Source: Paraspadella gotoi (taxonomy: Eukaryota; Animalia; Chaetognatha). From it: 64,000 nt of DNA. Shown here one piece after another: positions 12,951 through 26,550 of this stretch (position 1 is the stretch's first letter; every line of letters begins with the position of its first letter). Position numbers and translations under genes: made by a program. The DNA lies in assembly GCA_051294375.1 (NCBI GenBank), contig CM119266.1:20280341-20344340 (forward strand), read 5' to 3'. Under the pieces are notes generated by a model. It worked only from the letters and a program-made list of their open reading frames with translations. It searched no databases and was not told the DNA's origin.

Positions 12951-14261
12951 ATTTTATTCTTAAATGGGATAAATTAGTCGTCATTGATATCATAAAAAGC
13001 TTTTATGAAAATGAATACTCCTCTCCACCCGTTGAGTACGAATCTCTTCCTCCTTTTCCTTCCTTCTTTTTAATTTTTCTCTTCTTTTCTACTTTTCTAC
13101 TTTTCTACGAATTATTTTTTCTTCTTCTCCACTTCATATATTTTCTCCACTCTTCTTTTGGTCTTTCTTTCCTCCATTTCTCCTCCTCCTAATCTATTTC
13201 TATTCTCTTTCCTCCTCTTCCTTCTCTTCCTCCCCTTTCCTCCACTTCATCCTCTTTCTCCCATTCCACCTCTTCCTCCCCTTTCTCCCTTTCCTCCTCT
13301 TTCTCTCCTTTCTCCTCTTCCACCCCTTTCCTCCACTTTCCACCCTCTTTCCTCTTTCCTCTTCCTTTTTGCAGTGACTCTTCGTCGCTGAGAGCGTGAT
13401 TGACATTCTGTCACATTTCGAGTTACACGCACCCGTCATTCTCCTTTTTCTTTTCTCTCTCCTTTTTTCTTTCTTGTTCCTCGTCTCNNNNNNNNNNNNN
13501 NNNNNNNNNNNNNNNNNNNNNNNNNNNNNNNNNNNNNNNNNNNNNNNNNNNNNNNNNNNNNNNNNNNNNNNNNNNNNNNNNNNNNNNNNNNNNNNNNNNN
13601 NNNNNNNNNNNNNNNNNNNNNNNNNNNNNNNNNNNNNNNNNNNNNNNNNNNNNNNNNNNNNNNNNNNNNNNNNNNNNNNNNNNNNNNNNNNNNNNNNNNN
13701 NNNNNNNNNNNNNNNNNNNNNNNNNNNNNNNNNNNCAAAATCGATCTTTGCTCCATTTACTATTTAGTTTTTTTTGCATTTTTTTACTTTTGTTTTTTAT
13801 TTTACCATAAATATTGTTTCTTAATCTTTACCTTTAGTATTTTTTTTTATAGTTTATAGTTTNNNNNNNNNNNNNNNNNNNNNNNNNNNNNNNNNNNNNN
13901 NNNNNNNNNNNNNNNNNNNNNNNNNNNNNNNNNNNNNNNNNNNNNNNNNNNNNNNNNNNNNNNNNNNNNNNNNNNNNNNNNNNNNNNNNNNNNNNNNNNN
14001 NNNNNNNNNNNNNNNNNNNNNNNNNNNNNNNNNNNNNNNNNNNNNNNNNNNNNNNNNNNNNNNNNNNNNNNNNNNNNNNNNNNNNNNNNNNNNNNNNNNN
14101 NNNNNNNNNNNNNNNNNNNNNNNNNNNNNNNNNNNNNNACTAACGAATCATACGTTGAAGCTTCAAGGAGCTTAAAAAAGTTCTATACGAAATGCCCAAT
14201 TGAGCATGCAGGATGCTCATCACCGGGCCAAACTGAAATCCTAACGGAAAATAAAACTTAC

Positions 14262-14470
14262 GAAATAGTTGAGTGTATCCCTCGATCTTCCCGCCGCTCG
14301 ATCGATCCGAAGAGGAAGAGATGGAGGGGATCACAGAAGTGGGTGGGGGTGGAGATCGCGGATGGTGGTTGGATATGGAGTTGGGGCGGCGATGGCGGTG
14401 ATGCGGGAGAGGGCGCGCGGGCGGAGCCAGAGAAGGGAGAAGATGGTGAGGGCCATCAGCAGGCATCTGG
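14262..14470 (-). CDS. candidate Pro-rich exon, product unknown
   Basis: GC-rich open frame ...SSSDRSSGGKIEGYTQLF ending at a consensus donor TTTC|gtaagt (14261). Frame uncertain: an overlapping frame gives hydrophobic CLLMALTIFSLLWL. Confidence 0.3.
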
Positions 14471-14960
14471 GAGGGTAAGGTTGGGGTTGACGGCGTCGGT
14501 TAAGGGCGGGTAATGGGTGGGCGGCGGCGGCGGCGGCGGCGGCGGCGTCTTCGTTGGCGTATCAATGGCGGACCGGCGGGCGTGCCTCCTTCTCTTCGGT
14601 GGCGGAAGCAGAAAATGGAAAGCGTTTGTGAAGATTGTGAGTGAGAGAGTCACATGTGAGCGTGAGAGTCGCTGGCGTCTTGCGCAGAGATTTGGGATAC
14701 TTAAAGTAAATTTCGATTTTCTGGCGTAAAAATTTTTTTTTATTTACTCGATTACGATAGAGATATTTTTTTTTTGGTTGGATCGCAAAAAGTGAATTTT
14801 AAAATCTGTGGCAAAATTTTCAATGTACGTAATTCCCAGTTCGATTGAAACTTCTTTGCTGGCGTTCAACTGATAAAGAATGAAAAAAGGTTACAATATA
14901 ACACCAAGTAAAACTGAGTTCCATGCCAGGAATTTAAACGGGAACCTGAGGCATGATCTG

Positions 14961-15376
14961 TAGAGTGGAGCATTGGGGAACATAAATTTTATTTAAGTGA
15001 ACAAACAAGGATATTTAGAATGTGAGATAGTATGATTAAAGAGTAAAAAAATATTTTGCTTATATTGCTTGGGTAACAGTAGCATTAATTACAATATATT
15101 TATAGTAATATCTTTATAAAACAATAAATTTTCAAATTAATTTTTTATAATTTAATAAAAGTTAGGTCCAAAATATAAAATATATTATTAAAAATTCCTA
15201 TGTCTTTAGAGTCAAAATTAATTACCTTTTCACGCTCTAAAGTAGAAACTATTATATGATAAAACATTTTAGTCATTTTTTGCAGCTTTAACCTAAAAAT
15301 ATTATAAAACATATTTTACGAATTTTTTTCAGTTTTTTCTGGTAAATCTAAAACATTGTTCCATCACTCCACCCTA
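14961..15376. mobile_element. possible degenerate MITE
   Basis: Imperfect inverted ends (tagagtggagcattggggaacat / attgttccatcactccacccta) plus an internal inverted pair (tttagaatgtgagatagta / taccttttcacgctctaaa) around an AT-rich core. Confidence 0.3.
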
Positions 15377-16199
15377 ATGATTAGTTTCTCATTATCTTTA
15401 ACCGTCCTGTTTTATTTTGAGAGGACTAAAAAGAGTGAAGAGAGAGAGAAAGAGAGAGCGAGACGAAGAGGAGAGAGAGAGATGAGAGAGGGGAGATGAG
15501 AGAGGAGGAGAGAGAGGGAGAGAGAGTGAGAGAAGAAAAGAATGGAACAAAGACAACAAGAGAGAGAGGAGAAGAGGATGTAGATGAGGAAGAAGAGGAG
15601 AAGAGAAGAGGAGAGAGAGAGAGAGAGAGAGAGAAGGAAAAGACAGACAGAGAGAGAGAGAGACATACTTTGAAAAAGAGGCGATATAATAAACAGAGTG
15701 CTATAAGGAGGAACAAAAAATTGTTGGCAAGATTTCTTTGGGAAGGAAAAAAGGAGAGAGAGAGAAACCAAAACAGAGAGACAGTAATAATCACTAACTG
15801 TCCGAGGGAGACAGAGAGAAGTTGCCTCTTTTTTTCGCGGTCGGCGAGACGAAACGAGGTAGACCAGGGAAAGTGGGAAAAAGTGGGAAAGAAGGGAGGT
15901 GGGAAAGGAAAGATTAAATGGAGAAAAAAGGGAAGGGAGAAGGAAAATAACAAGGAGAGAGAAGAATTTGGGTCAAAGAGAAAAAGAGTTTTTAAAAGAA
16001 AAGAGAAGAGAAACAAATTTAGAAAGTGAAGGAGTTGGTGGATCGCGAAAGGAGGAAAGGAAAGAGAAAATGGAGGAAAGAAATAAAAGCTAAGCGGAGA
16101 AAATGAAAACCGGAAGTTTTGTTTGACGTCCCCGATGGTTGATGGACGCAAAGAAAAAAATTATGACAAACGTACGACGTAAATTCTTAGTCGAGAGAC

Positions 16200-16303
<104 letters not shown>

Positions 16304-17529
16304 GCCATAGGGAAGCGATTAGAGGCGAACAAGAAGGAGAAGTGAGCGGCTAAAAAAAACGTTGCACAACGATGAGTCGAAGGAAATGGAGGAGGGAAAG
16401 AAAAGAGGAAAACAGAACGGAGGGAAAAGAAAGGAGAGAACAGAGAGAAAAGAAAGAACAGAAAGAAAAGAAAAGAAAGAACAGAAGGAAAAGAAAGGAA
16501 AGAAAAGAAAGAAAAGAAAGAAAGGAAAGAACAAAAGAAAAGAAAGAGAGAGTCAGTTTGAAAAAAGAGCAAAGTCTCAAGAAGATAAAAAGTCGGAAGA
16601 AATTCTTGATGAGTCATATTCTAATTTTTTTGGAAAAATGTGAGATTTCTCGCTAAATTTCTTTTTTTTTTAGGAATGATTAATATGCAAAGCGTTTTTA
16701 AATAAAATTATTTGTTTCCTTTCCTTCCCTTTTGATTCTTCTAATCCTATTTTCACTTCGATGATTTTTTAGGTGAAAACAAGTTGCGTTTGATTTGCTC
16801 TCCTCGGCCATTTCATAATTATAAAATGATAAATGTATTTATGTAAATAATATTATATTACGATGACAATTAATAATCATTAATTAATATTATAACACTA
16901 TTAACTATTGTTGTCCCATCTTTACCGTACTTTCTTGCAACTTTCGCAGGATCGGTTTAGAAAGTCAATTGTTCTTTTGTCGATTTTTTCGCCATCTAGT
17001 AAATCGTTAAGTATTTTAAAGTATTTTAAAACCGCATTCACTTTTGAAGACATTATTAAAAATGTCTCCCTTGCAACTTCAGTTTAAAGTGGAACGAAAA
17101 ATATCAAAATTAAAACGATAAAGTAAAGGAACTCAACTTCCTTTCTTTTTTCCCTTCCTTTCCTTCTTTCCTCCCTTTTACCTTTTCGCCCGATCTCCCT
17201 TCTCGTTAACCTTTCTTTCTATTCTCATTCCTTTTTTTTTTTTGATAACGACGTTCGTTCTCATAAAAAAAGACGAAAAAAAAAGGGAAAGAAAGAGTGA
17301 CACGATTTCACGGTTCAGAGCGAATCCCATTCGTACAAATGTACGAAACTCGTTCACTTTGACGAACCCGATTTCGTAACCGAAGTCGTCAAGAAAGAGC
17401 GAAGACATTTGTCCGTAACTGATTCACTCGAAGAAATGAAGAGAGAAAAAAGGCATTTCCGTCGAGAGTAGCGAGTCTCGCGTCGACAGACAAAAGACGA
17501 ATCGGAGAACTGGAGGGCCGAGGGCTAAG

Positions 17530-17675
17530 GAGGCGGTAGGGCAGAGGTGGGATGGCGCGGTAGGGCAAAGTCGCGATGAAGGCGTAGGGCAGAGGCAGGG
17601 ATGGCGAGGGAGGGCAGAGGCGGGATGGCGCGGTAGGGCAAAGGCGGGAAGGTGCGGTAGGGTAAAGGCGCGATT
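17530..17675. repeat. G-rich 24-bp minisatellite (about 6 copies)
   Basis: Consensus ggcgcggtagggcagaggcgggat. Confidence 0.8.
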
Positions 17676-19066
17676 GCGCGGGCGGTGGAGCGAAAGCGCA
17701 ACTGAAAAGTTGTCGTTGTTATCNNNNNNNNNNNNNNNNNNNNNNNNNNNNNNNNNNNNNNNNNNNNNNNNNNNNNNNNNNNNNNNNNNNNNNNNNNNNN
17801 NNNNNNNNNNNNNNNNNNNNNNNNNNNNNNNNNNNNNNNNNNNNNNNNNNNNNNNNNNNNNNNNNNNNNNNNNNNNNNNNNNNNNNNNNNNNNNNNNNNN
17901 NNNNNNNNNNNNNNNNNNNNNNNNNNNNNNNNNNNNNNNNNNNNNNNNNNNNNNNNNNNNNNNNNNNNNNNNNNNNNNNNNNNNNNNNNNNNNNNNNNNN
18001 NNNNNNNNNNNNNNGAGAGAGAGAGAGAGAGAGAGCTATTCTAGTTTTCCGTGTTTCTTCTCTTGTTTCCCTTTTGTCTTGTTATCAGTTTTGTTGTCGA
18101 TCTGATTCTTCGTCGTCGTCGTTGACGAATAATTGAAGTCGTTTTCTTTCTTCGATTCGAGATTCGATATCGGAAACCGCAATTCCGTTTCCCATTGCTC
18201 CTCCGGTCTTCCCTCTCACCCCTCACAGTTCACTCCTCACCGCTCACCCCTCACAGTTCAATCCTTACTCCCCCACAACGCCCCTCTACCTTTAGCACCT
18301 CATGTACTCAGCCCCTCAGCCCCTTTGGATCTTCTGCTCCTTTTCTTCTCATTCTTTCAACTTTTCACCCAAAATATATAAATAAATATATTATAATAAA
18401 TATAAATATATATAATAAATATATAAATAAATATATTTATTAGTGTATTTTTTGTTCTTCGTTTATTTCTTTCTCAGACCTTAATCTTAATCATTCGTTA
18501 TCATCTTTTTTCTTTATAACTTTATTTCTCTTCATTGTACTCCGTCCGATACATTAAAATCTCAGACGCATTGTCTCCTTTTACAATTGCGGTACAATCT
18601 TCAAAATATTGATTAGAATTTCGGTGAATGATTCAAGGACGTTGTAAAAACAAGTATATTTTCTTTAAATTTTTGTTATTGTTGTGAGCAATGACGAAAA
18701 ACTTTTTTTTTTATAAAAATCGACGAATTTTATAAATACGAAAAAAAACCCCGAATGATGACGACAAAATAATAAAAAAAGGCGGGAAACGCCCTCAGGA
18801 AATCTGGGAAAATGCGCGAGAAAAAAAGAAGCGAGTAGACGAAATGGATGATCTTTTTGTCTCTTTTTCGTTTCTCTTGGGATTCACTCGTTAGTGGGGA
18901 CGTCACGTGAAAAGGAGGAAGAGGAGGAGGAGGAGAGATGAAGAGGAGGAGTGAGATTAAAGTGGAAGAGAAAAGGAGGAAAGAAAAGAAGAGGAAAAGA
19001 AAATTTCTCGTGACTCGATGCTCGTTCGCCGCCTCGTGGATTTCTCGATTCCGTCTCTCGTCTTAC

Positions 19067-19185
<119 letters not shown>

Positions 19186-19712
19186 CGATTGCACGACCGA
19201 AAAATTTTGAGTGTAGATTCGATTATTGTTTGACAATTCATTTCGATATCTTGTAAGATGTCCGAACCCGAAAATGTCGTTTGCATATTGACGTAGACCG
19301 CATCTTACAAGCCGATGGGTATCTATCGGGAAACTTATTAAGGAAATCTTTTCTCCTCGTGAAATAATTTAATTTCGACCAATTTATTTAATGCAATTGT
19401 CAGTTATCAAGTTATCTAGAATTTAAAGAATACTATCTATGAATAAATTCCTTAGACTAATAACCAATCTTATTTCTAACTAACTGTATCAATGACATAA
19501 AAAGGTAATTTTCTTTCATTAAAAGCAGGGACTAAGATGCCTATGACATCACCCGCTAACAATATGAATAAGACAATTCCGTTTTCCTAGGATAGCAAAG
19601 CAAAGCATAAACTAACTGGCTAAATGATTTGACCTCTAGGCGTTTCCGTCGAGAACAAGCTCTTCGCTACGTCCCTGTTTTACTAATTCAAGTTGTTTTA
19701 GATTAAAAAGAG

Positions 19713-19818
19713 GGAGAATGTGGTCAACTTGGTCCTTGCGGTCTCCTCGGTCCTGTTACTTTGTCCGGTCTGGTCTAAGGTTATTTCCAAAGCTAGGGAA
19801 AGGCGACCCTGGAGACCT
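19713..19818 (+). pseudogene. degenerate collagen-like Gly-X-Y fragment
   Basis: GEC GQL GPC GLL GPV (TLS) GLV*, then shifted KGDPGD; preceded by ttttag. Contains stops and a frameshift. Confidence 0.3.
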
Positions 19819-19928
19819 ACTATCACGAGAAACTTATTTTAATTAAGCCCCTTCAAGAACCTATATTTTGTTTTTTTGGAAGCGTCGATCTTTTGGCTGA
19901 GAGTAAGAAAACGTCTGGTTGACACTGT

Positions 19929-19988
19929 CCCTTTACGTCATGACTTCCGCATCAAAATCCCTTGACGTCATGACTTCCGCATCAAAAT
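19929..19988. repeat. 30-bp direct tandem duplication containing CRE-like and ETS-like motifs
   Basis: ccctttacgtcatgacttccgcatcaaaat followed by cccttgacgtcatgacttccgcatcaaaat. The second copy has a perfect TGACGTCA. Confidence 0.7.
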
Positions 19989-22374
19989 CGACGCGCCTTC
20001 CCCATTTTTTTTTTCCGCCGGAATTTTCGTACTCATTCCGTTTTTAGAAGAATCGCGTGGAATTTCCGGTTTTGAGTTTCGCGTCTCTCGATGGAGAGGG
20101 AGAGGGAGGGGGAGAGAGAGAGAGTGAGAGGGAGAGAGAGAGTGAGAGGGAGAATGAGAAGGAAAGAGAGACTGAGAGGGAGAGANNNNNNNNNNNNNNN
20201 NNNNNNNNNNCAGAGCAGAGATTGAGAGGGAGACGAACGCTTCGTTTGAAGAACGAAAAGGATCGAGAGGAAAAAAAGAATTAAAAGAAAAGAAGTCAAT
20301 GTTTATTGTGCATCTTGTTTTTTTTGCCATTTCGTGTCTCCAAATTTAATTAGCGCAATTTGATAAATCATTAGTTTTTTGTTTTACTTTCTTTGAAATA
20401 TTTTTAAAAAATTTTTTTTGTTTAACTCAATATTATTAGGAACGTTGAATAGTTGAACAGTGAACTGATTCGATTACGCTTCGATGGCCAATGCGACATT
20501 TTTGGCGAACGCGAAGTCAGAATTTTGAAAAAATCGTTTAAAAGCGAAAAGAGAATGAAATTTGCGAATCGCAACTGAAGATTTTTCGATTCCATCTTTT
20601 CCCTTCGTTGTTGTTATTGTTGTTGTTGCTTCTTTTTTTTTTTAATGCAAAACGAAGTTTCGCGACCGCGAGTCATAATTCGGTTTTCTCTCTAAATTTA
20701 TCGAGTTGCGGAAATATTTTTTTTGGATATGTTTTAAACACGTGAGCCCGGTGATATGATAGAACTGGAGCCGATAACCAGTGAAATCTGAAATATATAG
20801 TAGGTCTGTATGGCATGTTGAGTGATGATGCATGATGATGATGATGATGATGATCTCCACCAAGCTGACTCAGAGAGGTTACTAGCGATTCTGTTTAAAT
20901 CAAACGACCTTCGCTGTACTATTATATATATCAGCTACTCCTGTATCTCGATTATTGCTTTCATCGAAGAAGATATCCAGAAGAACAACTGATAATACGA
21001 CTGCGATCCATGCACTGACGAATCGATTACTTACTGGCGATCAGCCTGAGAGCAAGAAATCGTAGAGATTGCGACACACACTCACCACACTCCACTCTCT
21101 CCACGAGATTTTCAGGCAGGGGACGCACATAATGATGGCGACGCGACGACGCACGACACGGCTGACTTAGTATCACAGACACAACGTACTAGCAGAGATC
21201 TCGCAAGGACTCGGGTAGCTCTGACCTTCTAGATGATACAAGCTCTCCTGTATTCGTCGGTTCACCAAAAGCTGCAGTAATCTTATCGAACATCCTGCAA
21301 TCACGAAGGTGCGTCGAGAGCAACGCTTAGACCGAATGAGCGCCACGACGAGTCAACGAGAGAGAGCGAATGAGAGCGTACCGGAACGTAGAGCATGTTA
21401 ACTGAGTAGACTCGTCGCAGAGAGTAGCGATCGCATTGAGCAGATTGCCCTCCGCCGAAGCATAGAGAGTACCCGCGAGCTGCAGTGGTGGCTACAACGT
21501 CTCTGATAAGCATTCACAGTAAGCACGACATTGCGGCCACTCTTCTCTCTTAACTCATCGACGACGACGACGACGCACGACGACGACGAGGATCGACGAC
21601 GACGCACGACGACGCCCCCGGCGACAATCTACCGCACTTCTTGCCCTTGCGTAATGTGAGACAACCCTCATGCCAATTCTGCGCTGCGCCGCAGTTCTAG
21701 CGCCCTCTTATTCGGCGCCGCCGCTCGCCTGGCTTCCCTCTGCCCGCCGCCGCCGCCCCGATCCGCCGCGCAGCCGCGAGCCGCCGCCCACCCGCCGCCG
21801 CCCACAGACGACGACGCCCAACCACACCCTTCTATTGTGTATTCAGCTGCCGCCCGACTTAATTCATTAAGCGGAATTAGAGGCACAGTAGATCCAAACG
21901 TAGCACCGCGAAACAATGAACTCAGAGTGCATCCGACGACGACGCACTGCGACGACACAGACAGGCTACTGACCAGAGACGACGTGAAGAAGGACAGAAA
22001 CGGAAAACACGAGACTTGACGCATAGAGGGCCGGGAAAGAGGGATGGACAACAGAAAAACCTCGGCGGTAACCGTAATGTTTCTCTGCCGTCTCTTAGTG
22101 CTTTCGTAGGAACTGACAGAGCTTAGGTTTGTTCATTTTTTATATTTTTCAGGTGTTTTTGGTTTTGACGCAACGGGTAAGTTTTATTACGAATGACGAT
22201 ATATAAAAAAAGAGAGTACATCCTGTGTCATATGATTCGATCTATCAATCAAGTTCGATATGATGACTCCAGTCTTAGCATCTTTATTATATCTCCCAAT
22301 CTCCGTTGAGTGCAGTACAGCTATGTTACCCAAACAGCAGTGTTCTATCTCGTTCTCTTTAAACCTCACGGCCA

Positions 22375-25300
22375 CAGTCATTAAATCCTTGCACATACAA
22401 TATTGATCGGTATTTATGCGTACAAGCTTTCTTCTTACCCTAAATAATAATCGAACACGCATATCTCTCACAGTCAATGTCAGCAGCCACGACCACTCCT
22501 CAACACAATACTAATTAATCTAGAACCTTACGCAAGCTAAAAATGTGGACGCTTAAGGACTTTACTCTACAAACCACCTCGCTATCCTTGTCTTGCGATT
22601 TTTTCATTAATTTTTTTATAAATTAGTGGTTAAAGTTCTGTTTATTGTGGTGCGCTGTAATCTCCATTTATAATTTGTGTTCGTCCCGGCAAATCAAAAA
22701 GCCAAAGAAAGCATGGAGCGTTCGAGGTCGCATTGATTTGCTCTAGGGCGCTGCGCGATGACTACACGATCCTACCGAGTACTTAGAAGGCAGTACAGTT
22801 GGCTTCCGCTCGCTAGCAGTCGTTGTGCGTCGTACCTGTCTCAGGTGTATAGCGCTGGTGTATATTTATTTGTGAATGTGATTCGTTGTCAACCCAATAG
22901 ATAGTCTCACTAGACATTGGTGAATGTGCGGTGGCATGCGTTGGCATTGTCGTTCGTTCGTCTTCGGTCGTCAGAGGGCGATATTACGTTACTTAATAAA
23001 GTTTCAGATAATTCTAAGTTTTAAATCATTAACGTTCACCTTCAAGTAAGCCACTCGACTGGATACCGAACCAGTTGTACTACGCTTTAACTTCGAAGTA
23101 CGTGTGCACTGAATTGCAGGTCTCGAAGATGATTCTAAGGCCACACATACGCACTCGCGACTAGCGGATTTCTACTCGGAGATGAGATCGTTCAAAAAAA
23201 GTTTGAAAACACGGCGTACTAGACGCATGGACCAGCATTGAGCGAAGCACCGGCCACCTCAAGGCGACGGGCCCTTCCGTGAACAACGCAGCGCTAAATT
23301 CCTCATTCGTGAAGATGGTTCGAGAATTCGTCTGGCCGACGTCACTCTCCCCACAGCGTTGAAATTGCACTTATGTACGTAATTAACCTTATTTTTCACA
23401 GATATCAGTCCGAACTAACGATAGCAGATCGTGCGCAGGCAAATATTACACCACAGAGACATTATGACCATGTATTTAAAGAATGAGATAGGCCAGATGA
23501 ATACATTCTAAGGTGCGACGCTCTCGGCTTATTAAGAATCAGCCACGCAACATAACGCTAAATTTGTTTCCGTTCGCAAAGTAGCAGCGCTAACTGGTAT
23601 CAGAAGAACTACAAAATGGCCCTAAGTTTAAAATAATGAGGTGTTGTAACTCATTTTCTAATTGAGAGTTGTTTCAGATTAAAAAATATCATATAAGTCA
23701 TTAACCCTACATATAATCGTCACAAGGTGCTTTAATATTATACATAATTCAGAAAAAAAATATTGCATGCCATTAATCGATCTATGCTCAGATGCACTAG
23801 TTTTAAAGTAATAAAAAATTTTTTAAAAGAAAATAACGAGACTATTCTCTTAGTCAACACGTTTGGACACTACTTTTAACATTGAAACAGTTAAACGATT
23901 TCGAGTATAATCGGCCTCCTACTTACCGCTAAGTTCGACTTTGTCTCACCAGCTCAACACTCACATCAAACGCCGCGACGACGCGCAGAGGTCCGCTTGC
24001 TCTAAGAGGAAAACATATTAGGGCGCTGCCATGCTACTTCTGACATTCACAGTATTAGGTCAAGTATCGCCGTGCAGCAGGACACGAATAGGATATGTCC
24101 TATTCTCATCAGCACAGCTGCTTACCAGAGAGACTTGCAGCTGTGCTTCTTCCATAGCGCCGTACGTCCATCCTCGCTGATGGTTGCTGATCACCAAAAG
24201 AGATGAGATCGCAACACCAGCATGTGATGTCTAGCCGCTAGCATTCTTCAGGAATCGCACCCAGGTCGGTTTCTAGCCACCTCTACTGCAACGCCATCAG
24301 AACAGATAGCAACATATTGGCAAATGCGTTCGATGGGCGCGAGCAGCTATACGAAGGCTGAGCCTTCCATTGTATGCTTATTATTCACAAAATTTATTAT
24401 CTGACCACCCCACCTACAACCTAATCTAGCCCACATGATACGCTGAGCTTCAAAGTACCTTCGGCCATCACGGCATTTCGCGAAGTCATAAGCGAACACA
24501 AAAACTCTGCGACGCGCATTCCGCGCTTCCGTGTCACGAACAGGTACTGATAATCGTCTAGAGCGAGTTAGAATAGCCCGCAACCTAACGCGAGTTGCCC
24601 TGACGATTCCGGAGTCACGTGATGTCAAAAAACAACAGAACAAAAAACAAAAAAATTCGCATATCCCGCGCACGCACGTATGCGCATATGCGCAACAGGA
24701 GCTTTACGGAAGTGCGATTTACTTTAAATATGACAGACTTTTGATCGCTTGTTCCAGTCGCATTCGTTCGCAATCGCTACTCAGACTAGTCATGCTACAA
24801 GACGGAGTGAATCTAAATTGTTGTGCATAACTTTCGTTCAAGTAGCTTACTCGCAAATGAGCCTGTTCCACATACGAACAGCCCTTGGTGCCACGACAGT
24901 ATCTATCTTGCTTCAATCCCCGCTCGTCAAATAATTAAGTATGTCAACCGAGAATTCTACAAGCACAGCTGATATCGAAATAGAAGTGGTACTCACTACA
25001 AATTTTCTAGCACAACACCCAACAAGTACCGATTTCTGTCAGCCAAGATCACATATACATTCGCACCTAACCCATCTGCTCTGCATTGAATAACTATCTC
25101 CTGATCCAGCCTTAATATTTCTTTCACAGCACAGCGGCTTTTCCATTACTACGGTAGTGACACCAGTCACGAGGACTACACTCTCAGTTCGTGCTACGCC
25201 AATAAAACCACGCCCACTTGTATAACTTTAATATGTACAGTGCAACTGCTCATAAACTGCCATATTCAGAATACACTGCTGTTTATCCCAGCAAGTTATT

Positions 25301-26550
25301 TAAAAAAATCTATCATACATTCCGGTATATAAATTTTAATTATCTCATTATCTTACCATAACATAAACCTAATTTATTCTTAATTATGTCTATTCATTTT
25401 ATGTTTCAATAATCAGTCACTTAAATAATTATTCATGAATCCAAAACTCGCACATACATAAGCGGTCTTCATCTTGGTTAATTCTGCCTGTCCATTAAGC
25501 CCCATACTTCAATCTCCTGCATATCGCTTTAGCCTCCGCCTATCCCAATATTTTATACTAATATAAAAAATATTAACTGTGAAAATCCTACTAATGGCGT
25601 TAATTGATTTTTTTAAAGTCCACTGCCTTCTCCCTTTTATGGAAGACACCATTCCCTAGATCCCGCTATAATTCCTCTTGCCATTCCTTTAACAGCTCCT
25701 ATTTAGCCAAACATCCTGCTCTTATTCCCAGAACCTGCAAGGTACGCCCAGCACACTACCCACGTGAACTTTACGACGCCACAATACCGTGGTCAACTTC
25801 CTTGCGTCCGATGTGCAATTTTTTGGCACGCGGCGTCGTCGAAACTGTACGACTATCTGACGTATCATTTCAGTATAACTAAAACATATTGCTCCTCGAA
25901 AACAACGTCCCATCTAGGCTTCGATTTTAACTACTAAATTATATGCTTAAAAACTCTTTATCTCTTTAAGGAAAGTTATTTTATGTAATATTACATATTT
26001 TTAAAATTAAATTTAGCTAGAGCCTAAAATTATCTAAGTCTAAGCTATAAGTGGCGCTTCTTTTTCTTCTATGCACTATTCAGGAGTCGCATACCTCGCT
26101 GGACTTGAACAAGAGTAGTCCCAGCGACATTCGTCCCCTCCCCGAAACATACTTAACAATAATAGATTTAATTGGCACTGTTCAATATATACTATCTACG
26201 GAGTATACAAGGTACCTAAGACCACGAACGAGCTAACATGATAAGAACTGTAAAACTTATTCAAATGTCTGCTTCCTACTCGACAGGCTCACTTGATACG
26301 CGTCCAGTCGCGTCCGAGCCTTCCCACAAGCAAGCCAGCTTGACCAGCGTTTTACTCCTCGGATTTTCGATAGACTGTCATCCCGGCCCGCCGCCACAAA
26401 TTACCCAGCTCAGCCTCACCCCTCGCCTACCGACGCGCAATCCTTCGCAGACTCCTTACAACGTGCTGGACAAGAATGATCGTCACCCGAGATTCAATAT
26501 AATCTCTCGGGCCAGAGAATGGTCGCGTGAATTCACGCTCCTTCATGTTT
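22375..26550 (+). other. noisy inverted copy of 45635-48415, including gene B
   Basis: Anchors: 22540 aaaatgtggacgcttaaggactt = rc of about 48300; 22690 ggcaaatcaaaaagc = gene B exon 1; 23935 tcgactttgtctcaccagctcaac = exon 3 acceptor; 26240 atgataagaactgtaaaact = rc of about 45880. Confidence 0.8.
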
